Origin: Patescibacteria group bacterium
Lineage (GTDB): Bacteria > Patescibacteriota > Minisyncoccia > Phycocordibacterales > CAIZLB01
NCBI GenBank assembly: GCA_040386515.1
Contig: JAZKFG010000005.1
Span: forward strand, 97,077 to 151,410
Length of the DNA: 54,334 nt
Direction: 5' to 3'
Under the pieces are notes generated by a model. It had not been told where the DNA came from and made no database searches. It saw only the letters and a program-made list of their open reading frames with translations. The translations under genes were made by a program, and so were the position numbers. Numbering within the stretch: the stretch's first letter is position 1; every line of letters begins with the position of its first letter. Positions 9,240 to 19,420 of the stretch are shown here, one piece after another.

Positions 9240-10997
9240 TTAGTCTAGCTTTTGCTTTTCCCACAATTCAAAGAATCTGCCTTTTTTCTTATACAACTCA
9301 TCAAAGTTTCCCTGCTCGATAATCTTTCCTCCTTCCATTACCAGAATTTTATCCATTTCCTTTATGGTAGTCAGACGGTGAGCAATAACAATAGCGGTAA
9401 CTGATTGAAAGAATTTATGCAATGAATCCTGAATCTTTTCTTCAGACTCAACATCGAGGTGAGATGTTGCTTCATCAAGCAGAAGCAATTGAGGCTCTTT
9501 GAAAATTGCTCGAGCAACTCCGATTCTTTGCTTCTCTCCACCAGAGAGCTTTATTCCCTTTTCACCGATTTGCGTATCAACTCCTTGAGGAAGTTTTTGC
9601 GCAAAATCAGTTACGTGTGCAACAGTGAGCGCTTGTGCAAATAATTTCTCATCATCCTCTCTTTCAAAATTTGATAATGTAATATTGTTACGCAGTGAAA
9701 AGTTGAATACTTCAGTTTCTTGCAGCACAACTGCAGCATGCTTAAAGTAATCGATTTTACTGATTGTACGAAGCGGCACATAATCTATTAATATTTCTCC
9801 ATCATAATTTTCCCGCTCTTTAAGAAGAAGTTTAAATAGCGTAGATTTACCAGCTCCAGAAAGCCCCATAATTCCAATCTTTTCTCCACGTGAAATTGTA
9901 AAAGATACATCATCGAGAACTTTTTTCTCACCATATGAAAATGATACATTCTTTACTTCTATTTCTTTCCACTCTTTAGGCATTGAAACTTTTCCTTCTT
10001 CGATATCACTAATAGGAGCAATATGTAAAATATCAACCATTCTACCAATATCCTGTTTCTTTACCGCAAACTCCTGAGAAACATCAGCCATTCTTGTAAC
10101 TACTTCTAGTACATTAGAAAAATATCCATAAAAGAGTACCAGGAATCCAACATTATATTGTCCGTTCATAATGCCCCAGCCAATATATGACATAATTGCA
10201 ATACGAAATAGTTGTCCTAATCCATGCTTTACTGCTCCGCCTGATTGATACCAAAATACTCTTCTGCTTATTAATGGAAATAGTTCTGCACCAATGTCTG
10301 ACAGCTTTTGTGAAATAGGTTTAGCCATAGACATAACTTTCACACTTCGAATATTATTTGCAGATTCAAAGATAAGTCCTGAAAATTCTTCATCTTTTAT
10401 ATTTTCAGTTTTTTTAGCCTTAGACGCAGTGCGTGTGTAATACACTGACATCAAAAAATAAAGCACTAAAAACACAAGCGTCAGTATTCCTATTATTCTG
10501 TCAAAACGAGAAATAATAAATATCGCTCCAACAAAACCAACAATCATTTCGATAAATGGACCTATGGCCATTCTAATCATCTGGTTAAGACTCTCACTCC
10601 CTCTGTCAATTCTTTTTACCTTATTTCCAGTATTCTCTTTTTCATGCCAAGCAATATCCAGCAAGAACATGTGTCGTATGGTCCGTAATTGGACATCAAT
10701 CTTTATTTTCTCTGCAATAGGAAAAGCGATAGAGTTTGCGTAATACACAAATACAATGAACACAAAGATTACCAGTGAGAGCGTTGTAATAATATGCCAG
10801 AAAGGCAGTATTGATTCTCCAACAGTATACGTTGTAAAAAATGTAGTAATGGCAGCAAGTGCATATGTTGGGTACAGCCATATTGCATGAGCAAAAATAC
10901 GCATACATGCAGCTAAAAAGAAACGTCCTTTATATGGTTGCATGAAATCATACAAATCTCGAAGTAGCGCTGAGGTTGAGTACATTTCTTTTTTCAT
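9240..10997 (-). CDS. ABC exporter, fused TMD + ATPase
   Basis: GLSGAGKST, LSGGEKQR, LLLDEATS, IAHRLTT; N-terminal TM domain. Confidence 0.93.
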   Translation of the reverse strand: MKKEMYSTSALLRDLYDFMQPYKGRFFLAACMRIFAHAIWLYPTYALAAITTFFTTYTVGESILPFWHIITTLSLVIFVFIVFVYYANSIAFPIAEKIKIDVQLRTIRHMFLLDIAWHEKENTGNKVKRIDRGSESLNQMIRMAIGPFIEMIVGFVGAIFIISRFDRIIGILTLVFLVLYFLMSVYYTRTASKAKKTENIKDEEFSGLIFESANNIRSVKVMSMAKPISQKLSDIGAELFPLISRRVFWYQSGGAVKHGLGQLFRIAIMSYIGWGIMNGQYNVGFLVLFYGYFSNVLEVVTRMADVSQEFAVKKQDIGRMVDILHIAPISDIEEGKVSMPKEWKEIEVKNVSFSYGEKKVLDDVSFTISRGEKIGIMGLSGAGKSTLFKLLLKERENYDGEILIDYVPLRTISKIDYFKHAAVVLQETEVFNFSLRNNITLSNFEREDDEKLFAQALTVAHVTDFAQKLPQGVDTQIGEKGIKLSGGEKQRIGVARAIFKEPQLLLLDEATSHLDVESEEKIQDSLHKFFQSVTAIVIAHRLTTIKEMDKILVMEGGKIIEQGNFDELYKKKGRFFELWEKQKLD

Positions 10998-11037
10998 AAA
11001 GAAATTATGACATATTTAAAGCTTTACTGCTTTTACC

Positions 11038-11065
11038 AAAAAACACCCTTATTAAGGGTGTTTTT
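11038..11065 (-). terminator. Intrinsic terminator (ACACCC-type)
   Basis: AAAAAACACCCTT-at-TAAGGGTGTTTTT. Confidence 0.75.
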
Positions 11066-11072
11066 CTCTTAT

Positions 11073-11951
11073 TTACTTTCCTTCATACGCCCGCTCCAAC
11101 TCTGCTATATCAAATTTTTTCATTTTAAGAAATGCTTGCGTTACTCGAGCAACTTGCTCCTCAGTCCCTTCCTTCATCATTTTGTCCATTATTGATGGAA
11201 CGATTTGCCATGACACACCAAACTGATCCTTCAACCAGCCACATTGCTCTGACTCAGAAACTGCTGAAAGCTTCCAGTAATGATCAATTTCCTCCTGTGT
11301 ATCACAATTTACAATAAGAGAAACTGCTTCGTTAAATACAAACTCGTGAGGACCTGAACTATCCATTGCAATAAAATGCTGGTCTCCTAGCATAAACCGA
11401 CCATGCTTAATAAATCCCTCTGTGTCACCTTCTCCTTTTTCATATGTTGAAATCATTTCTATTTTTGAATTTGGAAATAAACCAATATATGTTTCAATTG
11501 CTGACTTTGCCTTTCCTGAAAATTCTTTTGTAAACATTAATGCAGGAGTAATTTTTTGTGCCATTTGGTGATTCTCGCTCAATGATAGCTGCCAAGTTAA
11601 TCCATACTTATCTTTTACCCATCCGTACTTTGTTGCCCATGGATATGTATCGTATGGCATGAGGGCTTCACCTCCATCTATAAGTGCGTCCCAAACTTTT
11701 TTGATTTCTTCCTCTGTATCGAAAACTACAAAGAGAGATATGGCTGGGTTAAATTTGAAATACGGTCCTGCACTGATGGCCTGATACTCTTGCCCTGCTA
11801 ATGTGAAGTGAACGATGTCACAATCACCTGAAGGTGTATCTTTGATTGTACGTATATTAGTTACCTCTGAGTTTGGAAATAGTGATGTATAAAACTTTGT
11901 TGCTTCTACGGCCTGGGTGTCAAACCATAGGTGTGGGTTTATTTTTTGCAT
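11073..11951 (-). CDS. VOC/PhnB-like protein (3-demethylubiquinone-9 3-methyltransferase family), tandem domains
   Basis: QKINPHLWFD, FNPAISLFV, YGWVKDKYGLTWQL, CGWLKDQFGVSWQIVP. Confidence 0.88.
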   Translation of the reverse strand: MQKINPHLWFDTQAVEATKFYTSLFPNSEVTNIRTIKDTPSGDCDIVHFTLAGQEYQAISAGPYFKFNPAISLFVVFDTEEEIKKVWDALIDGGEALMPYDTYPWATKYGWVKDKYGLTWQLSLSENHQMAQKITPALMFTKEFSGKAKSAIETYIGLFPNSKIEMISTYEKGEGDTEGFIKHGRFMLGDQHFIAMDSSGPHEFVFNEAVSLIVNCDTQEEIDHYWKLSAVSESEQCGWLKDQFGVSWQIVPSIMDKMMKEGTEEQVARVTQAFLKMKKFDIAELERAYEGK

Positions 11952-11969
11952 GGTTATATTATACCACCC

Positions 11970-12710
11970 TCACTTATTCCAATGTAATAGCTTCCTTTCG
12001 ATGAGAATGAAAAATAAGTTTAGTCCATATCCGAGTATTCCTGATAAAATAATGACCGCATACATTAAAGGGATATCGTAAGTTATTTGTGCATCTATTA
12101 TTTTCCTACCTAATCCAAATGTAGTTCCAATAAACATTTCAGTTACAATAATAACCATAAGTGACATACTAGCTGCACTTCGTAATCCTATAAATGTTTG
12201 AGGTAGACTTTCCCAGAATAAAATCCATCTAAAGATCTGGGTTTTTGTGGCACCCATTATCTGTGCAGCTAATATTCTAGACTTTTTCGCATGAATAACA
12301 CCATAGGCGGTATTAAATATAATTATGAGCATTGCAGAAAATGCCGCAACAGCAATCTTTGAAATATCCGTTATTCCAAATATAAGTAGAAATAGCGGAA
12401 ATAACGCAGTGGCTGGAGTAGATCGAAAGAAATCAATTACGAATTCAAACATGCTATATATCTTTTTTGAATAACCAAGAAACAATCCAAGCGGCAAACC
12501 TATAATGCTAGCAATTAAGAATGATATAAAAACTCTGCCTACTGTTGGAAATAAATCAGAAAAAATAGAACCTTCACTTACAATCTCAATTATTTTTTGA
12601 GCTATACGTATAGGATTAGGAAGAAAGAATGTATCTATAATTTTTAAGCTAGATAATAACAGCCATACTACGCCTATCAGTATCGGACCGATGAGAATTT
12701 CTTTTTTCAT
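11970..12710 (-). CDS. NitT/TauT-family ABC permease
   Basis: DFFRSTPATALFPL, EAA-like AAQIMGAT, IIVTEM...GLG. Confidence 0.9.
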   Translation of the reverse strand: MKKEILIGPILIGVVWLLLSSLKIIDTFFLPNPIRIAQKIIEIVSEGSIFSDLFPTVGRVFISFLIASIIGLPLGLFLGYSKKIYSMFEFVIDFFRSTPATALFPLFLLIFGITDISKIAVAAFSAMLIIIFNTAYGVIHAKKSRILAAQIMGATKTQIFRWILFWESLPQTFIGLRSAASMSLMVIIVTEMFIGTTFGLGRKIIDAQITYDIPLMYAVIILSGILGYGLNLFFILIERKLLHWNK

Positions 12711-13456
12711 ATATTAATAGTTTTTTGAAATGATTCAAGGATTTTGTTTTTTAACGCATGTGCTTCAGCGGATGTAACAGATTGTACAGTTCTCGGATAC
12801 GCTATTGGGTTATGTATTTTCTCAGTAACAATAGTTGGCTTTTTTGAAAATATCAAAACTGTATCTGCCAAATGAACAGCCTCTTCAATATTGTGAGTGA
12901 TAAGTAAAATCGTTGGTTTAAAACGCAAAAAGTATCTTTGCAAATGATTTCTGAGCAACAGATTATTCTCATAATCCAATGCAGAAAAAGGTTCATCAAT
13001 AAGTAGAACTTTTGGCTCAGTGATTAACGCTCTCATAAATGCCAAAATCTGTTGTTGTCCCCCACTTAATTCATATGAATACCCTGTACGATTAAATTTA
13101 AATTCGAATATGCTTTCTAGTACTTTAATCCTTTCCTCAATCTCTTCTTTAGTTTTATGTTGAATCTGTAAGGGTAAGGCAATGTTTTCATAATTAGTTC
13201 TCCATGGTAAAAGTGACTCTCTGTAGTTTTGAAATATATAACTAAGATCAAAACGATTAGAGTTTGATATATACATATTTCCCCCATCCTTTATCAGTAC
13301 TCCAGAAAGAAGATTTAGCAGTGTAGACTTCCCTGAACCATTGGGACCAAATATTGCGGTTATTTTACCCTCTTCAATATCTACATTAAAGTCTGAAAAT
13401 ATCTCTGTATTTTTAAATGACTTCTTAAGGTGTTTTACAGATATTGCCTTACGCAT
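12707..13456 (-). CDS. NitT/TauT-family ABC ATPase
   Basis: GPNGSGKST, LLPWRT, LSGGQQQ, DEPFSALD. Confidence 0.9.
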   Translation of the reverse strand: MRKAISVKHLKKSFKNTEIFSDFNVDIEEGKITAIFGPNGSGKSTLLNLLSGVLIKDGGNMYISNSNRFDLSYIFQNYRESLLPWRTNYENIALPLQIQHKTKEEIEERIKVLESIFEFKFNRTGYSYELSGGQQQILAFMRALITEPKVLLIDEPFSALDYENNLLLRNHLQRYFLRFKPTILLITHNIEEAVHLADTVLIFSKKPTIVTEKIHNPIAYPRTVQSVTSAEAHALKNKILESFQKTINI

Positions 13457-14454
13457 TATTTTACAATCGGTGAATACAATAAATTCTTAAAATCTATTTT
13501 TCCATCAATCACTTTATATGTTGTAAATAAATCCATAAACTTTTGAGCACCGTTTATATCTTGATCGGTAAGCTTGTCATACATTCTAAATCTCGATATT
13601 GGCACTTGGGCGATAATACCGTCATCAATAGATAAATACTTTTTAAGATAAGGACGGGCAACATTTGTATCTGCATTAATCTCTTCAATAGCACGATCAA
13701 ATACATGCAATACTTTTTCTGTTGTTTTAGGATTTTTCTCTGCAAATTCAATTCTTAATATTCCCGCTCCTCCGTAAAAAGGATTCGAAACATATTTAGT
13801 TGTGAAATGATCAACCAACTCTACTCCTATATTATTTTTCTTTATAACTGTAGGAATGGGTTCAATGGCTATTAAGGCATCAACCTGTCCTGACGCTAAA
13901 GCTTGTGTCTGGAGATTTATAGGTAAATCAACAAGTACAACGTCCTTTCCTGCGATTAAGTTATTTTGTGCCAGAAAATATTTTGCAACAGTTTGCCATT
14001 GAATACTCCCTGTTAGAATTCCAAGCTTTTTCCCTTTTAGGTCTGCTATGGTTTTTATAGTACTTGCACTTTTTACCAAAATTGAATCATTTTGAATAAC
14101 ATCATCACCTCCTGACAAGCTATATATTTTTAACTTGTTTGGATTTTTAAAATCAGCAATAGCAACTATCCCTGTTGCCCCTCCCGGAGATGTGAAATCA
14201 ACCTGACCCTGTAAAAGCGCATCTATAATCTGGCTTGGTGATTGAAACGGTATAAGTTCAACCTCTAATCCTGCTTCCTTAAAATACCCTTTCTCTTCAG
14301 CTAAATATAATGGCGATCCATGCACCAGAGGCAAATAAGCAATTCGAACTTTCGTCGTTTCAATTGCCACAACTTCTTTCTTTGAAATTGCGTAACATAT
14401 TCCCACTATAACGAGTATGCAAACTAAAATTAAAGCTGTTGTTTTTTTATTCAT
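13456..14454 (-). CDS. NitT/TauT (SsuA/THI5-like) substrate-binding protein
   Basis: LYLAEEKGYFKEAGLEVE, IADLKGKKLG, ALASGQVDA..AIEP; start at ATG 14454 (MNKKTT). Confidence 0.88.
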   Translation of the reverse strand: MNKKTTALILVCILVIVGICYAISKKEVVAIETTKVRIAYLPLVHGSPLYLAEEKGYFKEAGLEVELIPFQSPSQIIDALLQGQVDFTSPGGATGIVAIADFKNPNKLKIYSLSGGDDVIQNDSILVKSASTIKTIADLKGKKLGILTGSIQWQTVAKYFLAQNNLIAGKDVVLVDLPINLQTQALASGQVDALIAIEPIPTVIKKNNIGVELVDHFTTKYVSNPFYGGAGILRIEFAEKNPKTTEKVLHVFDRAIEEINADTNVARPYLKKYLSIDDGIIAQVPISRFRMYDKLTDQDINGAQKFMDLFTTYKVIDGKIDFKNLLYSPIVK

Positions 14455-14492
14455 ATATAGACTATATGGACTAAAGAATAATGTGTAAATAG

Positions 14493-14532
14493 TGTCGTAC
14501 AGTATTGACAACATGTGTGAAAGCAGTAAGAT
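14493..14532 (+). promoter_or_regulatory. Divergent promoter region with candidate operator TGTC-N10-GACA overlapping TTGACA-N16-TAAGAT
   Basis: tgtcgtacagtattgaca in the 84-bp gap between the ABC operon and the TrmB gene. Confidence 0.45.
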
Positions 14533-14538
14533 GAAATA

Positions 14539-15354
14539 ATGATTAATACTCAACTTGCAGCCATAGGCTTAAAAGATGATGAAACAAGAACATTTCTCTT
14601 TCTCTTAGAATTCCCTAATCAGACTGCAGGAACAATAGCTAAGAAGACTGGAATATCTCGTACTTCCCTTTACGGATACTTGAAGAATCTCCAAGAAAAA
14701 GGATTTATTACACAGTCTCAGAAAAATGGCGTGAAAACCTTTTCAACAACATCAAAAGAAAAAATCGATATTGCATTTGATGAACAGATAAAAGAAATCA
14801 ATCAAGCCAAGAATGCGTTACAGGATGCATTTACAGAAATACAGAAAGGAAATAAGCTCAGTTCAAATCCAAAACTTCAAATATTTGAAGGCAAGAAAGA
14901 AATGCAGCATCTCACTCGTGATCTGTTGTTACATAGAAATATTGAGTCTCAGTCGTATTGGCCTATTAAATCAATGCTTGAAACTTTAGGCGATTCTTTC
15001 TTTAAAGAATTCAATAAGGAGAGAGTTAAGAGAAATATTTATATTGACGCTATTTGGCCAGAGAAACAAAGCGTTGATATGAAAAAATACCCTTTCATGG
15101 GTACTGGCGGAGATTTTCTTCGAGAGGTTCGAATCGCTCCAAAAGAAATTGATTTTTCTATGGGGTATTGGATATATGGGAATAAGGTTTCTTTTGTTTC
15201 TTCAAAGAAGAGTAACTTTGGTTTTATTATTGAGAGTCAGGAATTTGCTAATATGATGGCTTCGCAGTTTAAGGTTATGTGGAAGTTGTCTAAGAAAGTT
15301 GATGTTTCTGAGAAAGATTCGAAGAAGTTGTTTGATGATATGATGCAGGGGTAA
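14539..15354 (+). CDS. TrmB-family transcriptional regulator
   Basis: N-terminal wHTH (IGL...E...FL.LL, IAKKTGISRTSLY..LKNL.EKG), FEGK, C-terminal IYGNKV..SSK...GFIIES. Confidence 0.88.
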   Translation: MINTQLAAIGLKDDETRTFLFLLEFPNQTAGTIAKKTGISRTSLYGYLKNLQEKGFITQSQKNGVKTFSTTSKEKIDIAFDEQIKEINQAKNALQDAFTEIQKGNKLSSNPKLQIFEGKKEMQHLTRDLLLHRNIESQSYWPIKSMLETLGDSFFKEFNKERVKRNIYIDAIWPEKQSVDMKKYPFMGTGGDFLREVRIAPKEIDFSMGYWIYGNKVSFVSSKKSNFGFIIESQEFANMMASQFKVMWKLSKKVDVSEKDSKKLFDDMMQG

Positions 15355-15358
15355 TAGT

Positions 15359-16384
15359 TTATATATTCCACCATTCCTCCTGTACAAAATCCTTACCCAT
15401 CCCATACACCTCCCCAATCTTCGGAGCCACAGTTTTAAAAGGCATATCTTTTGCTGCAACAAAAACTCGTTTAATAGAATCATTCCAAGAATTCAGCGAC
15501 AATGTAAACTTTGCCCAGTGTACTGGAAATAAAACTTTAGCTTTCAGATCAAGTGCAGCTTGAGCTGTCTGCTCTGGAAACATATGTATAAGAGACCAAT
15601 CTTTTCCATACTGACCACACTCAAGAAATGCAATATCGAATGGACCGCACATATCCCCTGTCTTTTTAAATTGTCCGTCGTATCCAGAATCTCCACCAAT
15701 AAATATTTTATATCCATCAAAAGATAAAACATATGCACTCCACAGAGTTTTGTTTCTGTTAAATGTTCTGCCTGAAAAATGTCTGGCTGGAATTGAAATT
15801 ATTTCAAATGAATCAATTGTGCATTTCTCATCCCAATCTAATTCTGTAATTATACTTTCATCAAATCCCCAATATATGAAATGAGAACGAACTCCTAGTG
15901 CACACACAATTTTCTTTATTTTACTTTTAATTTTGCAGAGAGTTTTAAAATCTAAGTGATCATAGTGGTCATGTGAAATTATAAGTAAATCAATTTCTGG
16001 CATATCATCGGCTCCATATACATTTGTTCCTTTAAAAGGTTTTCCAAAGAATGAAACTGGTGATGCATTTCCAAAGACAGGGTCAACGAGAATGCGTTTT
16101 GATTTTGTTGTTATGAGAAATGAAGAATGCCCAAACCATACCACTTCTGGAGTATCACCTTTCAAACTTTTCAAATCTGTTTTGATTGTTGGTAGTGCGG
16201 TTAAAGGAGCAGTGTCTTTTGGTTTATTGATAAACTCTTTGATCATGCGAAAAAATGAACCGTTTTCAAGAGTAACTTCTGTTGGTTCAATGTTCGTAAA
16301 TACTCCATTTTGAAAATGGAGTGATTGAGAGATTTTATCTCCGAGTTTTTGGAATGGGTTTTGTCCGAGGACTTTGAGGGGCAT
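15359..16384 (-). CDS. MBL-fold metallohydrolase (RomA/NAPE-PLD-like)
   Basis: WFGHSS, ISHDHYDHLD, PARHFSGR, GGDSGY, PVHWAKF; start ATG 16384. Confidence 0.9.
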   Translation of the reverse strand: MPLKVLGQNPFQKLGDKISQSLHFQNGVFTNIEPTEVTLENGSFFRMIKEFINKPKDTAPLTALPTIKTDLKSLKGDTPEVVWFGHSSFLITTKSKRILVDPVFGNASPVSFFGKPFKGTNVYGADDMPEIDLLIISHDHYDHLDFKTLCKIKSKIKKIVCALGVRSHFIYWGFDESIITELDWDEKCTIDSFEIISIPARHFSGRTFNRNKTLWSAYVLSFDGYKIFIGGDSGYDGQFKKTGDMCGPFDIAFLECGQYGKDWSLIHMFPEQTAQAALDLKAKVLFPVHWAKFTLSLNSWNDSIKRVFVAAKDMPFKTVAPKIGEVYGMGKDFVQEEWWNI

Positions 16385-16463
16385 AGATGTATGGTAGCAG
16401 ATTTTTAGTAATGTTATATAAATTACAACTACATAGTATATATGGAAGTGGTATGATGTATAT

Positions 16464-17228
16464 ATGAAAAAACATTTTAATACAGGCTTCTCAGCAATTA
16501 TGCTCATAATCTTAATTGCACTTATTGGAGCAGGAGCATATTACGCAGGAACTCAAAATTCAATGGTGAAAACAACCCCTATTACTAATACTCAAACTAA
16601 CGAAACTACACCTCTAGAAACTTCTACTACATCATCGAATACAAATATTCCAATTGAAGTATCTTCAAATAAAAAAACTTATACATCGAATATATATAAT
16701 GTGTCTTTTGAACTTCCAAAGGACTTATATGTATACGAAAAGTTAGCCTTTAGTTTTTATGACTTTTCACTCCTCAAATCTTCAACTCGGCCAAAAGAAA
16801 GAACAGCAGGATGCGAATGTGATAGTGATGTATACGGATCTACTATAACCATTAGTGTACGTGACTTAATGAGTTCTAAAGAAGAGGCAATTAAATTCGG
16901 AGGCAGTGTATATAATTACTCTGGTGTGACTCAACAAATGCTTAACGAGGAAAACACTAAAACAGAGGCATACCCACCTGCAATCGAAGCAGCAAAGAAA
17001 GCTAACGTTACATTCGGAAAAAATATTGTAAACATTAATGCAAATGGTCTTAAGGTTGTTAGACAATATAGTTTTAGCGAACTTAATGGTGACAGAGTTA
17101 CAGTAACTTATAACATATATGTAAAAGACAAATTGTACACGATTGCGATCGGAAGCAATAAATCTTATAACAAGGAGGATGATAATACTCTTAAAGATAT
17201 TGCTGCATCGTTTAAAGCAGTAAATTAA
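16464..17228 (+). CDS. Membrane-anchored surface protein with pilin-like leader, possible PsbP-like fold
   Basis: MKKHFNTG|FSAIMLIILI, Thr-rich linker, KTY.S..YNVSFELP. Confidence 0.6.
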   Translation: MKKHFNTGFSAIMLIILIALIGAGAYYAGTQNSMVKTTPITNTQTNETTPLETSTTSSNTNIPIEVSSNKKTYTSNIYNVSFELPKDLYVYEKLAFSFYDFSLLKSSTRPKERTAGCECDSDVYGSTITISVRDLMSSKEEAIKFGGSVYNYSGVTQQMLNEENTKTEAYPPAIEAAKKANVTFGKNIVNINANGLKVVRQYSFSELNGDRVTVTYNIYVKDKLYTIAIGSNKSYNKEDDNTLKDIAASFKAVN

Positions 17229-17232
17229 TTAG

Positions 17233-17258
17233 CAAAAATCACCCATTAGGGTGTTTTT
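17233..17258. terminator. Bidirectional terminator
   Basis: CAAAAATCACCC-atta-GGGTGTTTTTG. Confidence 0.65.
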
Positions 17259-17263
17259 GTTTT

Positions 17264-17362
17264 GCGGAGACGGAGGGATTCGAAGCTTACAGCTTCAGTA
17301 CACCTTTGCGGTTTTATTCGAAGCATAGCCCCTCAAAAACATCGCAAAGCTTTTCGAATCCC
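17264..17362 (-). repeat. 21-bp direct duplicate of the tRNA-Ser 3' end within a structured ~100-nt element
   Basis: GCGGAGACGGAGGGATTCGAA at 17264-17284 is identical to 17405-17425; GGGATTCGAA (17275) pairs with TTCGAATCCC (17353). Confidence 0.85.
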
Positions 17363-17405
17363 AAAAATCCTACGGATTTTTAATTTTAAAGTATTATAAC
17401 ATCAG

Positions 17406-17493
17406 CGGAGACGGAGGGATTCGAACCCTCGGTACCTTTAAAGGGTACGCCTCTTTAGCAAAGAGGTAGATTAAACCACTCTCCCACGTCTCC
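17406..17493 (-). tRNA. tRNA-Ser(GCT)
   Basis: GGAGACG/CGTCTCC acceptor, anticodon arm CCTCT-TTGCTAA-AGAGG, long variable arm, GAGGG-TTCGAAT-CCCTC T arm, G73; CCA not encoded. Confidence 0.96.
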
Positions 17494-17516
17494 AATAGCA
17501 TTATGTATAACACAGC

Positions 17517-18209
17517 CTATCCTTTTATTCTATATTCATTCATGGTGTTATGTGCAAATCTCGTAGGCTCAGGCAATCTATGCTTTTTTACACAATGCTT
17601 AATAATCTCAATAGACTCATCAAGGGTAATCATATTTCCAGGAGAAATAAATACAGGCTTTACATTTTTCTTAGTCCTGAGGGCTGCCCCTATCACCTCT
17701 CCAGTATATTTATCATGCATGTATGAAAAATCTCCAAAGTTATTTCCAGGCTCTTCATACTCACCTGTTAAGACACTCTTAGCACAGCCAATTGTTGGAA
17801 TACCAAGCTCTAATCCTAAGTGCACTGCAATACCAAGTCTTCGTGGATGTGCAATTCCTACCCCATCAACCACAAGCACATCAGGTTTTGTTTTCAATTC
17901 CTTCCATGCTTTCAAGAGCATTGGAATTTCTCGAAATGAAAGCAACCCTGGAATATATGGAAATCCGATGACATCTTTTACCACAGCATGATCAATCATC
18001 TCTAAATTTTCATAATCTAACACTACAAAGCCTGCATACCCATCTTTAGCAAACATATTCATACTGACATCTGCCCCACCTATTAATCGTATCGGCTTAT
18101 TGTACGGAACGATATTGACCTTGGCACGAAGATCTTTTTGTATTTCTATTGCTTCTTTTGGGGTGACATTCCACATATGAGGAGTATAATGAAAAATGGA
18201 GTCGGACAT
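17517..18209 (-). CDS. nfi: Endonuclease V
   Basis: GGADVS, FPYIPGLLSFRE, VDGVGIAHPRRLGIA, TIGCAKS, RLPEPTR.AH. Confidence 0.95.
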   Translation of the reverse strand: MSDSIFHYTPHMWNVTPKEAIEIQKDLRAKVNIVPYNKPIRLIGGADVSMNMFAKDGYAGFVVLDYENLEMIDHAVVKDVIGFPYIPGLLSFREIPMLLKAWKELKTKPDVLVVDGVGIAHPRRLGIAVHLGLELGIPTIGCAKSVLTGEYEEPGNNFGDFSYMHDKYTGEVIGAALRTKKNVKPVFISPGNMITLDESIEIIKHCVKKHRLPEPTRFAHNTMNEYRIKG

Positions 18210-18243
18210 TATTATTAATTAATTTAAGAATACATTAATACAT

Positions 18244-18738
18244 ATGAAAAAGACAACTAAAACAAACCTTAGAGATTTACTGATTCAGAAAATAAATGCT
18301 CTCTATGATATTGAGCAAACACTGGTAAAGGCACTGCCTAAAATGGCTACTGCCGCTAAAGATAAAGATTTAAAAGAAGGATTTAAGGCTCACCTTGTTG
18401 AAACTAAAAATCACGTTAAGCGATTGGAGCAAGCTTCTAAAATTCTCGGTGTAAAACCTAAAGCATTAAAGTCAGAAGCAATACGAGGATTGGTAAAAGA
18501 TGGTGAATGGGTTATTAAAAACGTAAAGCCGACTAATGCAATGAATGCAAATCTAGCCAGAGCTGCAGAATATGTTGAGCATTATGAAATGGCAGGATAT
18601 ATTGCCGCTATTGATTGGGCTACGACGCTTGAGGAAATGGATGTGGTTGATTTGTTAACTGCAACATTACAAGAGGAACAAGCAGCTGACGATACGCTTA
18701 GAACAGTTGGAAATGAATTAGATAAAGTTATTGCCTAA
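18244..18738 (+). CDS. Ferritin-like DUF892 (YciF-family) protein
   Basis: LYDIEQ.L.KALPKMA, HL.ET..HV.RLE, VEHYEMAGY, TLQEE..AD. Confidence 0.9.
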   Translation: MKKTTKTNLRDLLIQKINALYDIEQTLVKALPKMATAAKDKDLKEGFKAHLVETKNHVKRLEQASKILGVKPKALKSEAIRGLVKDGEWVIKNVKPTNAMNANLARAAEYVEHYEMAGYIAAIDWATTLEEMDVVDLLTATLQEEQAADDTLRTVGNELDKVIA

Positions 18739-18740
18739 AG

Positions 18741-18765
18741 AAAAACACCCGAAAGGGTGTTTTTT
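18741..18765 (+). terminator. Intrinsic terminator (ACACCC-GAAA-GGGTGT)
   Basis: AAAAACACCC-GAAA-GGGTGTTTTTT. Confidence 0.85.
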
Positions 18766-18826
18766 ACATTTGCATTTATATATAAAAAATGTTTTAGTAT
18801 GGACTGGTCTCTAACCCAATGTATCT

Positions 18827-19399
18827 ATGATCTTTAAAATTCTGTTTCTCTCTCTTTGCCTAGTTAACATTTCCAAGGGCAATGTTTTCCAACTTCAAAA
18901 CCCTGGCCTTCCTGAAAGGCTTATGTCGGATGTTGGCGGCGAATATAAAATCACCGTTAAAAGTATTACTGCGAATCGTGTCATTTTCATGATTAAACCC
19001 AAGAAAGGATTTGACTGGTGTGAACTTCAAATCGCCGTGCCCGACGGAGAGGAGTTGGATGTTGGTGAATATGAAGCTGCAGTAAACTATTCTTCTGCAC
19101 GTATTGCAAAACCCATGCTCCAACTGCTCGATAATAAAGGAATGTATTCATTTATCGGTGGAGACATCGACATTGAAGAATGGGGGCGAAATGAAAAAGG
19201 TAAACTAATAAAAGCCTCAATTAACTTCACCCACCAGATCCCAGGATCCACCATGATTACTGGACAACTCCGTTTCAACTCTGTGATGTCTGACAAAGCT
19301 CGCCGGCCAACATGGAAAACATATGCCACAATTGGCGGCTTTGTTTTACTTATCCTTATCTTGGTAGGAGCAGTTGCCAAGAATACGAGAAAAACCTGA
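18827..19399 (+). CDS. Secreted, C-terminally anchored protein; paralog 1 of 3 (G.LRFNS family)
   Basis: Signal peptide, L..G.Y..A..Y, ITGQLRFNS, C-terminal TM + basic tail; own terminator 19421-19464. Confidence 0.75.
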   Translation: MIFKILFLSLCLVNISKGNVFQLQNPGLPERLMSDVGGEYKITVKSITANRVIFMIKPKKGFDWCELQIAVPDGEELDVGEYEAAVNYSSARIAKPMLQLLDNKGMYSFIGGDIDIEEWGRNEKGKLIKASINFTHQIPGSTMITGQLRFNSVMSDKARRPTWKTYATIGGFVLLILILVGAVAKNTRKT

Positions 19400-19420
19400 A
19401 GGTTGAGTCGCTTAGGCTCG

